Positions 31,741-41,724 of a stretch of 64,000 nt of DNA are shown in pieces. Numbering within the stretch: position 1 is the stretch's first letter; the number at the start of each line of letters is the position of its first letter. Origin of the DNA: Alphaproteobacteria bacterium (GTDB lineage: Bacteria > Pseudomonadota > Alphaproteobacteria > MPNO01 > UBA830); the NCBI GenBank assembly GCA_965243135.1, contig OZ251539.1, positions 1,312,001-1,376,000 on the forward strand. The letters run 5' to 3'. Below the pieces are notes generated by a model. It made no database searches. It worked only from the letters and a program-made list of their open reading frames with translations, and was not told the origin of the DNA. A program made the position numbers and the translations under genes.

Positions 31741-31999
31741 TGCGTGAGTTCCGTTTCTTGCCGCGTCGCCGCAGATGCAGCGTTCCGCCAGCCTCCATGT
31801 CCTTCGTGTGCCGTGGAAAGATGCTTTCTTCTGGTAGGTGCGAATCCCACCCAACAACTGTCGTTCCGGTTGGTAGTATGAGCGTCGCCTCGCGCTTCTT
31901 GCGCGCCCGCTTGCCGTCCAGGCGGCGAGGTTCCGCGATCTCCTGGTCAGCACCTGCTGCCCCGCCATGTAAAGGCCCTTTTCTTGCCGTCTTCGCACA

Positions 32000-32900
32000 A
32001 CGCGGGGCGCCGCTTCGAGCGGCAGGTGCGCACCGCCATTCCAGCGCCTGCCGCGACCGCTCTCGACAGCGGATCCCAGATGTCGCTTTCCCGCACGGCG
32101 ACGACCCGCGTGTCGGGGCAGCGTGCGCGATCACCCGGTACCGCACCTGCCGCGGAGAGCGCCGCCCCTGTTCGGCTCGCCGCACCTGTCGGCGCGTCAC
32201 GAAGGAGAAGCGCACTGGTGCGCCGGTCGTGTCGCCAGTCCTGTTGCGCCAGCTGTCTCGGCGCGCAGTTTGCCGTGCGTCGGCGGGGCCGCCAGCAAGG
32301 GACCGACGACGGTGAAGCGCACCCGCCTCTGGCAGCCGTCTCCCGTTTGGTCAGGCACCCCCCTCTTCAATCGGAAGAGACGGCAAGTTCTGCGGGTGCG
32401 CATCGTCGCCGAGCTTGCTCGTCAACGGCGATAGCCGTTGCAGGAGAATCACCGGAGAACATCCCGACCGCGGCAGCGTGTCGGCTGTTTTGGGAAACGG
32501 GTGTGCAGCTTGCGCCACAGGGAGGTCTCGACGAAAGTCTCGCGCCGCCAACGCCGCCAGCGCTGAAGTGTGCATTTGTCGATGCCCAGACGACCTGACG
32601 GAAATCGGGACTCAGGACCCTCTGCGAAATGGCTGTCAGGAATATGAAGGCGAAGGCCGTGTACACCCGGCGCGTACCGCACCGAGGGCGGCGTGACGCG
32701 GCGGCGGCAACCTGCGCAACTGAAACTCAGACGCCACGCTCCGGCGACGAGCGGTCGCTCAACGCTGCACGGCTTTCGTGGGCGTAGCCTGCCGCCGCAG
32801 TGCGGGCAGTGTGGCACGGGCTGCCCTTGTCTATGCGTTTCTATGCGTTCGAGAAAAGCCCGGGTTGTGGAGCTGACAAGAAAATCGTGGGACAATGGTC
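32000..32900 (-). pseudogene. Remnant of a zinc-ribbon accessory gene plus DDE/integrase-type transposase 5' end
   Basis: CPHCGG..RLSFSCAGCRRRVTPPSVR, TLQRWRRW, then VRFTVVGPLLAAPP and LEWR fragments. Confidence 0.5.
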
Positions 32901-33039
32901 GTGTCTTCTGGGTAGTAGCGGACCCGGAAGACGCACCCTCTCGGCGCTTGTCTGGCAAGCTCGCCGAGGGAGATCCTCAAATAATTTGATTAAAATCCAC
33001 AGGAAACCTGTGCATATCCCTGCACAGCCACAGATCCGC

Positions 33040-33576
33040 TCCGTCTCCCTGCCGCCGCCGCGGCCCGCGCCGCTTCCCGTTCAGGTCGTTCAGCGAGCCG
33101 AAGCCGCGGCGCCAAACCGGTGGTTCCTGCTCACCACAGTCGCCGTTTCGTCCGTCGAAGACGCCCTGCGGGTCGTGGGTTGGTACGCCCTGAGGTGGCT
33201 GGCATCGCGCGCTGAAATCCGGGTGCAAAGTCGAAGAAACGGGCCACCGCAACGCGTCTCGAGCGCGTGATCAACGCAGTCATGGCGCATCATGGCTCTG
33301 CTGGCGCGCGAGACGCCGAACGGCCCCGCCGAGCTCATGTTCTCGGACATGGAACTGCTCGTCAGACTACGCGACGAAACTGCCGAGAACGCCGAAGACA
33401 CTCAAAGCTGCGGTGTTGATCGTTGCCGCCGGCTACCGCAAGCACGACCCGCCGCCCGGCCATCAGAAAGCAGGGTTATCTCGCTGGCTATTGTCAGGCA
33501 TACGAGGATCTGGCGGAAATCAAGAAATCGGGGAGCCTCTGCTCAGTCCAGAAGAGGATTTGTGATGACAGGGCAG
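33040..33576 (+). pseudogene. IS4-family (IS50/Tn5-like) transposase C-terminal remnant
   Basis: WFLLTTVAVSSVEDALRVVGWYALRW, LKSGCKVEE, RKHDPPPG fragments. Confidence 0.7.
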
Positions 33577-33578
33577 CC

Positions 33579-34043
33579 CTATCCTTGCATCATCGCCAAT
33601 ACTTCCTTCGGCCTCCGATCCGGCGACGCGAAAGGGTCGATGACCCGGACCTGGCCGAAAATCTGGCCATGCTGCAAATCCTCGGTGAGCAGCGCCGAGC
33701 ACGCGCAAGACTGCGCCGCCGCGACTATGAGCGTATCCCACCACGAAAGAGAATGTCGTTGCTGCAACAGCCAGCCTTGTTCCAGGATCGCGAGGTCGAC
33801 GACTGCCGGCCGCCATACCGCAAGGTCGCGCACGATCCCCTGCGCCTCCTCGGCGTCGAACGCCGGCTTCAGCTTGCGCGTGAGAGTGGCATACAGCCCT
33901 TGCAGAACCTGAAAACTGATGCGTGCGGCGCGAAGGCGCGCGAGGTACGCGATCCAGTCGTCGGCGCGGGACTGCTTGGTGGGGTCCGAACCGTCTTGCC
34001 GATAGACGAGGACGTTGGTGTCAACGAAGACCGGGGCGGTCAT
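33579..34043 (-). CDS. vapC: PIN-domain (VapC) toxin
   Basis: VFVDTNVLVY, ISFQVL, SWWDTLIVAAA, LLTEDLQHG. Confidence 0.9.
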   Translation of the reverse strand: MTAPVFVDTNVLVYRQDGSDPTKQSRADDWIAYLARLRAARISFQVLQGLYATLTRKLKPAFDAEEAQGIVRDLAVWRPAVVDLAILEQGWLLQQRHSLSWWDTLIVAAAQSCACSALLTEDLQHGQIFGQVRVIDPFASPDRRPKEVLAMMQG

Positions 34044-34263
34044 GCAATTCGTCGCGCGTCGGCTTGCGGCCGTCGACCCAACTCAGCCGGCGCGGTTTTT
34101 TGGCCAGATAGCGCTCCATGGCGAGGTCGTACTCGTCCTCCCCGCGCCGCATCCCTTCCAGCAACTCGGCGAGCCATCCGGATACGCTGCGTCCGTTCTC
34201 GGCGGCCCGGACTCTCAGCCACGCCGCGACATCCTCGGGCAATGTGACGGTGACATTCTTCAT
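34021..34263 (-). CDS. vapB: Ribbon-helix-helix antitoxin (VapB-like)
   Basis: MKNVTVTLPEDVAAWLRVRAAE.GRSVS...TRDELHDR; overlaps the vapC start. Confidence 0.85.
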   Translation of the reverse strand: MKNVTVTLPEDVAAWLRVRAAENGRSVSGWLAELLEGMRRGEDEYDLAMERYLAKKPRRLSWVDGRKPTRDELHDRPGLR

Positions 34264-34269
34264 GGCGCG

Positions 34270-34298
34270 AAGCTAGCGAAATACGAAATTCATGTCAA
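34270..34298 (-). promoter_or_regulatory. Sigma70 promoter of vapBC, probably leaderless
   Basis: TTGACA-N17-TAGCTT-N6-ATG, no Shine-Dalgarno. Confidence 0.6.
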
Positions 34299-34377
34299 CG
34301 GACTTCGCGGATCGTGTCGGCGCACGTCAGCGCAGTCTCGGCATCCGTATTTCATACAGTACCGGGCTATCGGCGTT

Positions 34378-34397
34378 CAGCAATTCCCGCTAAGGCT
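34378..34397 (+). mobile_element. Solo left inverted repeat of the CAG-ended IS
   Basis: CAGCAATTCCCGCTAAGGCT, identical to the left ends at 23327, 49200 and 56162. Confidence 0.85.
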
Positions 34398-34862
34398 GGG
34401 GAAGTCTCCTGTCGGACAGCCAACTTTCCCAGAGTGAAATCATCTGCTGCAAGGCAGCCTGATCGGTGAAGATCATGAAAACGCGGCCCCGAAGAGCCTT
34501 GTCCGGCCGTGCCTCGCCATCGGCGGTCACGGCGAAGAAATCGTCGTCTGGAGGGATTTCTTCAACCTCGACCTCGGCGAGCCACTCCATTCCAGGCACT
34601 GCTTCCACGGCGCGAATGAACTCGTCTACCGTCCCCACCGTCTCCAGCACCACCACTTCCTCGGGGACGAGGTCACGGGCCTCCATTCGCAACCGCGCTC
34701 GTCGCTCCTCCAACGTCTGTTGCAGATGTTCGAACTGCGGCGACAGGCGTTCGGCTTGGCGCCCGGGGGTCGGGCGATGGAAACTCCCGCCGCCGCCGTG
34801 CCTCCTTTGCCGCGCCATGGGCTCTTCCGGACTCGGGAGAATGGCAGAGGACGCTCAGGCAT
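34390..34862 (-). pseudogene. IetS-like S8 peptidase N-terminal fragment, truncated at the solo IS end
   Basis: Start overlaps the AAA gene stop; early frameshift; PEEVVVLETVG..GMEWLAE..PDDDF; no catalytic domain remains. Confidence 0.6.
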
Positions 34863-35871
34863 CGCTTCTTGGCGCCCGCGCCGGCTCAGGCGTTTGCAGC
34901 AGTGCCGGGGAGCGGTCCTGCCATTGTTTCAACCGCTCGGCGACGATCGTGCGTATATCGCGGTCGGGGAGCGTGAGTATGTATTGCCGCTGTACGTCGA
35001 GAGCGAACTGTTCCAGCTCGGAGAAACTCAGGCCCATGAGACGCTTCGCCAGGGTCGCGGGCTTGTACCCCAGGCTCTCGCCAAGGCGTTTTTCGAAACG
35101 ACGGAACCATTCCTCCGCCAACGCAAGAGTGGGCGCCGGAAGATTCAGCCGAAGCTGGAACCGCCGCCAGACCGCTCTGTCCAGCAATTCGGGGTGGTTC
35201 GTCGCCGTGACGACGACGACGTGACTCGGCAAATCGTCGATCTGCAGCAGGAGCGAGCTGACGACCCGCTTGATCTCTCCTGTTTCGTGAACGTCGCCGC
35301 GTTCCTTTCCAACCACGTCGAACTCGTCGAAGAAGAGCACGCAGCGGCGGGTGCGCACCTCGTCGAAGAGGCGGGAAAGGCGCACCGCCGTTTCGCCGAG
35401 GTAGCTGGCGATGACCGACTCGTAGCGCACCGCGAACAGCGGAACCGCGAGCTCCGTGGCGAACGCCTCGGCGAAGGAAGTCTTCCCGTTGCCGGGCGGA
35501 CCGGTAAGAAGCACCCGATGTCGGGGCTCCAGATTGTGCGCTCGCAAGAGGTCGGCGCGTCGAAATTCCTCGACCAGTTCCCGCGCGGCGTTCGCTACCG
35601 AGGCCGGCAGAACGAGGTCCCCCATCCGCCGTTCGGGATACATCTCATGGAACGACCCGGCGGCTGGCCCGTTGCGGCGCGTCAAGGACGGCGAAGCGCC
35701 GGCGTTCTGCAGCCCGCCCGCGTTGAGATGGGCAGCCAGGCGGTCCGCCAGCACGTGGTGCTGCTTTGCGCGTTCCTCGGAGACGAGGGCTTCGAGGGAC
35801 TTGCGGAACAGGGGCTGGTCGCCTTTGGCGCCCGCGCGTACGAGATCGAGCAGGAGGTCGGCGCGGGCCAT
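34855..35871 (-). CDS. IetA-like AAA+ ATPase
   Basis: MARADLL start, GPPGNGKT, FFDEFD, ETGEIKRVV, ATNHPELLDRAVWRRF. Confidence 0.85.
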   Translation of the reverse strand: MARADLLLDLVRAGAKGDQPLFRKSLEALVSEERAKQHHVLADRLAAHLNAGGLQNAGASPSLTRRNGPAAGSFHEMYPERRMGDLVLPASVANAARELVEEFRRADLLRAHNLEPRHRVLLTGPPGNGKTSFAEAFATELAVPLFAVRYESVIASYLGETAVRLSRLFDEVRTRRCVLFFDEFDVVGKERGDVHETGEIKRVVSSLLLQIDDLPSHVVVVTATNHPELLDRAVWRRFQLRLNLPAPTLALAEEWFRRFEKRLGESLGYKPATLAKRLMGLSFSELEQFALDVQRQYILTLPDRDIRTIVAERLKQWQDRSPALLQTPEPARAPRSDA

Positions 35872-37267
35872 CTCACGCCCTTCCCGAGGCCGACCGCCGC
35901 AGCGGCGGGCGCCGCTTGCCAGTCGACCCGAGGCCGTCTGAAAAAGAAATCTTGACGACTTGACCGTCTCCTTCAATGCCGGTGTATGTCTTCCGAAGGG
36001 ATTTGCGGACATCTTGCAACATTGCGGATCGGCCGTTGATATTCGTTGTATCTTTCGCAGTGCTGGTAGAGTAACTGGAAGATCGTATCCATTGAATCCT
36101 GCGGTCCCTCGACCATACGAGCGGAATCCGTAGTTTGTTTTCGAATCTCGTCCCCGAAAGTCAAGACTCAACTGCCGGGTTATGCGTTGGACCCAGGCCC
36201 GTTGTAACCGTGCTGTTTGAGCGAAAAACTCTGAAATCTTCGCCGACGCCCACGATTATGAACTCCTCGTGCTACGCATGAAGGATGGATTTTGGCGTCA
36301 ACGACGACGGGCTCGGTCATGCAACTCATTCCGGCTTGCGCCCGCCCTGCGAGGTTTTCTGACCGCAAAGCGCTCCTTCGTCGTGTCGTGCTTGCCCTCT
36401 CGGCCCCTGCCTTTTTTCAAGTGGATCGGCCATGGCGACGCTACGCCCATTGTCGACGGCCCGGATCCGCAGCGCAACTTCTCCCGGGGGCGTGACGCCG
36501 ACGTTCCTCATGACGCGAGTGTAGTGGCCACCGAATTCGCGTCAACTCGGGAGCCCGCCGTCCCGAGACGGATTCCCTCGGTGCCGCTGTACCTCTCTGC
36601 ATGTGTGCCGTCTGCCCCAAGGCGGCACTTCGCGGAACCGGGCGGCGAGGGCCTCCCGCTTGGCGTGGAGACCTTGAAAGAACCGTTTGGCAAAAATAGA
36701 TCTACGCCTGCGCGACGGCAGGTGCCGCCGACGGTTTGCGGCTTGACTGCCTGGCGCAACGAGGCGGAAAAGGCCGGGAGCGCTCCGGCGCGAACGCCGG
36801 AAAGCCGGGAAGGGGCGGGCCGGCGGGGAGCGCGGGGGAGCCGGCCGGAAAGAAGCGAGGCGCGTCCGCGGGTTTCCGGTCGTCTTTGAAGTTCGCGCGG
36901 CCCGCGGAGGGCCGACTCCTGGACCGCGATGTCCGCGGAGCGATGTCCGTGTCGAACGGGGCCTGTAGGGCTCGGCGCGGCGCGAGGCGCTCATAAGTCG
37001 CGGCGGGGGCGGGCTGTCGGACGGTCTAACCTCGCCGTGGTGCCGGATGGCCGAACGGAGCGTCCAGCTCATCGAGGACATCGGCGAAACCTTGGCGCGC
37101 TTGCCGGCGTCGCGCCGGTCGGCCGGGCTTCCGGCGACGGTTTCGGCAGGCCGGAGACCTCGGGGAAATCCGGCGCGTTTGGATTGGCCTTCCGGAAAGT
37201 AGTACGAAGGCGGCGCCGGCTGCCGGACGAAGTCGCCGGTCCGGCGCGCGCACTGGAGGAGCGAAGC

Positions 37268-38068
37268 GTGAAGGTTGGAATAGCCGGGTTCGGAACGATC
37301 GGACAATCCGTGGCCCGCGCCCTCGGCAAGGGGATGGAAGGGCTCGAACTCGTCGCCGTCTGCTCTCGCGACCGGGAAAAGGCGAAGCGAAACATGGCGG
37401 GACGCTGCGCGCCCGTGCCGGTCGTCGGCCCCCGGGAGCTTGCCGAAGCCTGCGACGTGATCGTCGATTGCGCGCCGAAATCTGCCTTCCGCGAAATCGC
37501 GGATCCGGCCCTCGAAGCCGGCCGCACGTTGGTCACCGTGAGCGGCGCGGGGCTGCTGCAGCACCCGGACGCGATCGACCTTGCCCGGTCGAGGGGCGCG
37601 CGGATCGTGCTCGCGACGGGCGCGTTGCTCGGCCTCGATGCGGTCAGGGCGGCGGCGGAAGGCGAAATCCGCGAGGTCCGCATGGTCTCCCGGAAGCCTC
37701 CGGCCGCGCTCGCCGGAGCGCCCTACCTGGCGGAGGCGGGAATTGCCGTCGAGAGCCTGACGGCGCCGCTCAGGGTCTTCGAGGGCAGCGCCCGGGAGGG
37801 GGCGAAAGGGTTTCCGGCCAACGTCAACGTGGCGGCGGCGCTCGGCCTCGCGGGAATCGGGCCGGACCGCACGCGCCTGGAGATCTGGGCCGATCCCTCC
37901 ATCGACCGGAACGTCCACGAAATCGAGGTCGAGGCGGACAGCGCGCGCTTCTCGCTTCGCATCGAGAACGTGCCGACGGCCGAAAACCCCGCGACCGGGA
38001 AGATCACCGCGTTGAGCGTGATCGCCGCGCTGAGGGGCCTGACGGCGCCTTTCAAGGCCGGAAGCTGA
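37268..38068 (+). CDS. nadX: L-aspartate dehydrogenase-like protein
   Basis: GIAGFGTIG, GALLGLDA, RKPP, FEGSARE..FPANVNVAA, ENPATG; GGAGGAG RBS. Confidence 0.88.
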   Translation: MKVGIAGFGTIGQSVARALGKGMEGLELVAVCSRDREKAKRNMAGRCAPVPVVGPRELAEACDVIVDCAPKSAFREIADPALEAGRTLVTVSGAGLLQHPDAIDLARSRGARIVLATGALLGLDAVRAAAEGEIREVRMVSRKPPAALAGAPYLAEAGIAVESLTAPLRVFEGSAREGAKGFPANVNVAAALGLAGIGPDRTRLEIWADPSIDRNVHEIEVEADSARFSLRIENVPTAENPATGKITALSVIAALRGLTAPFKAGS

Positions 38069-38084
38069 CGCAACGGAGGGAGCG

Positions 38085-38981
38085 ATGGAATACAAGGCGC
38101 TGAAATGGGAATTGCGCGAGAACCCCGGACGGCCCGGCGAAAAATCGATCGGACTGCTTACGCTGAACCGGCCCGAAAGCCTCAATGCCGTGGACGTCCG
38201 GATGCGCGTCGAACTCGACGTGCTGTGCGACGAGATCGCCCATAACGGCAACCTCAAGGTCGTCGTGATCACCGGCGAGGGCAGGGGGTTTTCCGCGGGC
38301 GGCGACCTCAAGACGGAAGCCGGTCCGCTCGGCGCCGGCGAGGAGGATTTCGACTTCGGAAACTTCGGCGCCTATCGGGAACTCGCCGGATATTTCTTCA
38401 ACGACCTGCGCCATCAGGTGCTGCAGCGGGCCTTCCGCAAGTTCGAGGATCTGCCGTGCATCGTGATCGCCGCGATAAACGGGCCGGCGGTCGGAATCGG
38501 ACTGGAAATCTGCACCCTCTGCGATTTGCGGTTCGCGTCGGAGCGGGCGAAGCTCGGCGAGGTCGCCGTGCCGGCCGGTTTCCTCCCGGAATCGGGCGGC
38601 GCGCGCAATTTGCCGAAGCTCGTCGGCGTCGGCCGGGCGCTCGACATGATTCTGACCGGGGAAATCGTCGATGCCGCGGAGGCGCTTAAAATCGGTTTGG
38701 TCGAGAAGGTCTTTCCGCACGACGAATTGCTGCCCGAGACGCTTGCCTATGCCGGCCGGGTCGCCTCGAACCCCTATCTCTCTGTGCGCTACGCCAAGCA
38801 GCTGGTCCGGATGTACTGGAACCACAACCGGACGGACGAGGGCTGGGCGCGGGAGTTCGCCGCGATCCAGGAAATCACCCGCACGAAAGACTGCGTCGAG
38901 GGCATCCGCGCCTTCCTCGAAAAGCGTCCGCCGGAATACCGGGGCCCGCACTACGACGGCGGCTCCGGCGAAGGGACATGA
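38085..38981 (+). CDS. Enoyl-CoA hydratase/isomerase (crotonase) family protein
   Basis: LNRPESLNA, FSAGGDL, IAAINGPAVGIG, EGIRAFLEKR.P. Confidence 0.9.
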   Translation: MEYKALKWELRENPGRPGEKSIGLLTLNRPESLNAVDVRMRVELDVLCDEIAHNGNLKVVVITGEGRGFSAGGDLKTEAGPLGAGEEDFDFGNFGAYRELAGYFFNDLRHQVLQRAFRKFEDLPCIVIAAINGPAVGIGLEICTLCDLRFASERAKLGEVAVPAGFLPESGGARNLPKLVGVGRALDMILTGEIVDAAEALKIGLVEKVFPHDELLPETLAYAGRVASNPYLSVRYAKQLVRMYWNHNRTDEGWAREFAAIQEITRTKDCVEGIRAFLEKRPPEYRGPHYDGGSGEGT

Positions 38982-40534
38982 CCCTGCCTGAACCGCCTCC
39001 GGGCTACCGCGAGATTCCCGACCGCCTCAACATGGCGGAGGAGGCGCTTCGCGAAGTCGAAAGAGCGGGGGAGCGAACGGCTTTCGTCTGGGACGGCGGC
39101 TCGCTGAGCTTCCGGGAGTTCGCGGCCAGGGTCGACCGGTTGGCGCACGGGCTGTCGGGGCGCGGCGTCGAACGGTCGATGCCGGTGCTCGTGTTCATGG
39201 GCAATTGCCGCGAATTCGCCGAGACCGTCGTCGCTCTTCTCAAGATCGGCGCGCTTCCGGTTCTGCTCAACTCGTCTCTGGGCGAGGAGGAAGTCGATTA
39301 CGTCGTCGATCACTCCGAGGCTCGGGCGGCGGTAACCCTCTCCGGATGCATGAGCGCGCTCGCGCCCGTTGCGGGGAAACTGCCCGAAGGCGTGATCGTC
39401 GCCCGCGGCGGCGAGGAGCCGGACTACGAAACGATCGTCGCGGACGCGCCCGATCGATCCTTCGACGCTGCGGATACGGCAGCCGACGATCCGGCGTTCT
39501 TCGTGTACACGTCGGGAACCACCGGCAGGCCGAAGGGCATAGTTCACGCCCATCGTTGGATCGTCGCGCTCGGCGATTCGAACCGCTACCGCCTGCCTCC
39601 CGCCGCTGAGGACCGCGTTCTCGCGACCGGAGAATGGAGTTTCGTCAGCGCGCTTGGTCACAACGTTCTCTTTCCGCTGAGGAACGGGGTGACGGGAGTC
39701 GTTCTGGAGGACCGCCCGAGTCCCCGGAACGTCCTTCGGGCCGTCGAGCGCCATCGCGTGACTTTGCTTTATTCGGTCGCCACCGTGTATCGCCGCATCC
39801 TCGCCGAGCGGGGAATCGAGGACGACTACGATCTGTCGTCGCTTCGGGGTTGCAACGCGACGGGAGAGGCGCTCGAAGCGGCGACCTGGCGGGAGTTCAG
39901 GGACCGCGTCGGCTGCGAGATATGGGAGCATTACGGGGTTTCGGAAATGCAGATGGTGCTTGGGCAAGGGCCGCGGCGCGCCGTCCGCCCGGGATCGCCG
40001 GGCATGCCCATGCCCGGCACGACGGTCGCCGTGACGGACGACGACGGCAATCTTTTGGCGGACGGAGAGACCGGGCGCCTGCTGATCGCGGCCGACGATC
40101 CGGGATTCTTTCTCGGCTACCACAAGGAGCCGGAGCGGACGCGGGAGGCGATGCGCGACGGCTGGTACCATACCGGCGATCTCGGATATCGCGACGCCGA
40201 CGGGTATTTCTGGATCGCCGGGAGAAGCGACGACTGCTTCAAGAGCCGCGGCATTTTCATCTCTCCATACGAGATCGAAAACGTTCTGCGCCAGCATCCC
40301 GCCGTCGCCGAGGCTTGCGTCGTTCCCCGGGACGACGCCGAAATCGGCAATCGCATACGCGCGATTTGCGTTCTCCGCGGCGGCGAAAGGCCCGGCGGTC
40401 CGCTCGCCGAAGACATAAGGCGGCACGTGGCGGACAGGATCGCGCGGCATAAGGTGCCGCATCTGGTGGACTTCGCGACCGCCTTGCCCAAGAGTCCCGT
40501 GGGCAAGGTCCTGAGGCGGGAACTCGCCTCCTGA
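38978..40534 (+). CDS. Acyl/aryl-CoA ligase (AMP-binding)
   Basis: YTSGTTGRPKG, HYGVSE, YHTGD, GRSDD, LPKSPVGKV. Confidence 0.92.
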   Translation: MTLPEPPPGYREIPDRLNMAEEALREVERAGERTAFVWDGGSLSFREFAARVDRLAHGLSGRGVERSMPVLVFMGNCREFAETVVALLKIGALPVLLNSSLGEEEVDYVVDHSEARAAVTLSGCMSALAPVAGKLPEGVIVARGGEEPDYETIVADAPDRSFDAADTAADDPAFFVYTSGTTGRPKGIVHAHRWIVALGDSNRYRLPPAAEDRVLATGEWSFVSALGHNVLFPLRNGVTGVVLEDRPSPRNVLRAVERHRVTLLYSVATVYRRILAERGIEDDYDLSSLRGCNATGEALEAATWREFRDRVGCEIWEHYGVSEMQMVLGQGPRRAVRPGSPGMPMPGTTVAVTDDDGNLLADGETGRLLIAADDPGFFLGYHKEPERTREAMRDGWYHTGDLGYRDADGYFWIAGRSDDCFKSRGIFISPYEIENVLRQHPAVAEACVVPRDDAEIGNRIRAICVLRGGERPGGPLAEDIRRHVADRIARHKVPHLVDFATALPKSPVGKVLRRELAS

Positions 40535-41724
40535 ACGCGCAAGGAAATACGGGTTTTCTCGCGGCCCTCGTTGCGATCACGCTGATCGGACCGCTTGCGA
40601 TTCACATATACATACCGTTGATGCCGACGATCCAGAAGGCGTTCTCGGTATCGACCGTGATGACCACCCTGACGTTCAGCATGGTGTTGTTCGTCATGGC
40701 GTTCGGCACTCTGCTGTACGGCAGCGCTTCGGACCGCTTCGGCAGAAAACCGGTTCTGGTGGCGGGGCTCGTCCTGTTCGTGGCGGGATCCGCCGTGTGC
40801 GCCGTCGCTTCGAGCTTCGAAGTCCTGGTTGCGGGCCGGTTTTTGCAAGCGATCGCCGCCGGCTGCGGCGTCGTGCTGGCGCGGGCGATCGCCCGCGACG
40901 TCTACGGCCCCGACCGGCTGGCGCAAGTCATCGCCTATATCACGGCGGCTTACGTTATCGGGCCGACGGTCGCGCCGCCTGTCGGCGGCGCCATATCGGA
41001 TTTTTTCGGTTGGAACGCGGTTTTTGCGTTCGCGACCGCGGCGTCGGCGCTGGTGGCCCTCCTCGGTCTGTTCGTCATTCCGGAAACCCATGCCGGTCGA
41101 GGCAGGGCCCGGAGCGTCGGCGCGCTGTTCGCGGACTACGCCAGGCTGGTCCGCAACGCGACGTTCGTTTGCTACGCGCTTGTGCCGGCCTTTACTTCGG
41201 GGGCCTTTTTCTCGCTGAGCATTTACGCCTCGTTCCTGATGGCCGACCACTACCGAGGCACGCCCGGCGAATACGGGCTCTTCTTCACCCTGCTTACGCT
41301 CGGCTTCATGTCGGGAAACTTCATCTCCGGCCGGCTGGGGAATCGCGAATCGAGCGAGTACATGGTGTTGATAGGCAGCGTCGTCTCGATCCTGACGGTC
41401 GAGTTGCTCGTCGTGAGCGTCATGTTTCTTCCCGGCGAGCCGCTGGCGCTGTTTCTTCCCGGCGCTTTCCTCGGCATCGCGCAGGGACTTTCGATGCCGC
41501 ATGCGCAGGCGATAGCGATCAACGCGGCGCCGGAACTGGCCGGAACCGCTTCGGGCGTGGTGATGTTCCTGCACTTCATGGCGGCCGCGCTTGCGTCGCT
41601 GTTCATTTCGGCGCTTTACGACCGGTCGGTGTTTCCGTTGATCGAGGTGCTCTTCTCGCTCACGCTCGCCTCCCTGGCCTTCGCGGTATGCGCCGGACTG
41701 AAGCGGAGAACGTCTCCCGTCTGA
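40531..41724 (+). CDS. Bcr/CflA-family MFS efflux transporter
   Basis: GPLAIHIYIP.MP, SDRFGRKPVL, GRFLQA, RAIARD; homology extends upstream of 40618 to a CTG at 40531. Confidence 0.88.
   Translation: MNAQGNTGFLAALVAITLIGPLAIHIYIPLMPTIQKAFSVSTVMTTLTFSMVLFVMAFGTLLYGSASDRFGRKPVLVAGLVLFVAGSAVCAVASSFEVLVAGRFLQAIAAGCGVVLARAIARDVYGPDRLAQVIAYITAAYVIGPTVAPPVGGAISDFFGWNAVFAFATAASALVALLGLFVIPETHAGRGRARSVGALFADYARLVRNATFVCYALVPAFTSGAFFSLSIYASFLMADHYRGTPGEYGLFFTLLTLGFMSGNFISGRLGNRESSEYMVLIGSVVSILTVELLVVSVMFLPGEPLALFLPGAFLGIAQGLSMPHAQAIAINAAPELAGTASGVVMFLHFMAAALASLFISALYDRSVFPLIEVLFSLTLASLAFAVCAGLKRRTSPV

Noticed and set aside
37268-38068. nadX as an NAD-restoring partner of the two SIR2 systems
   Set aside because: It has host-like composition and lies in a separate metabolic operon; the proximity looks coincidental
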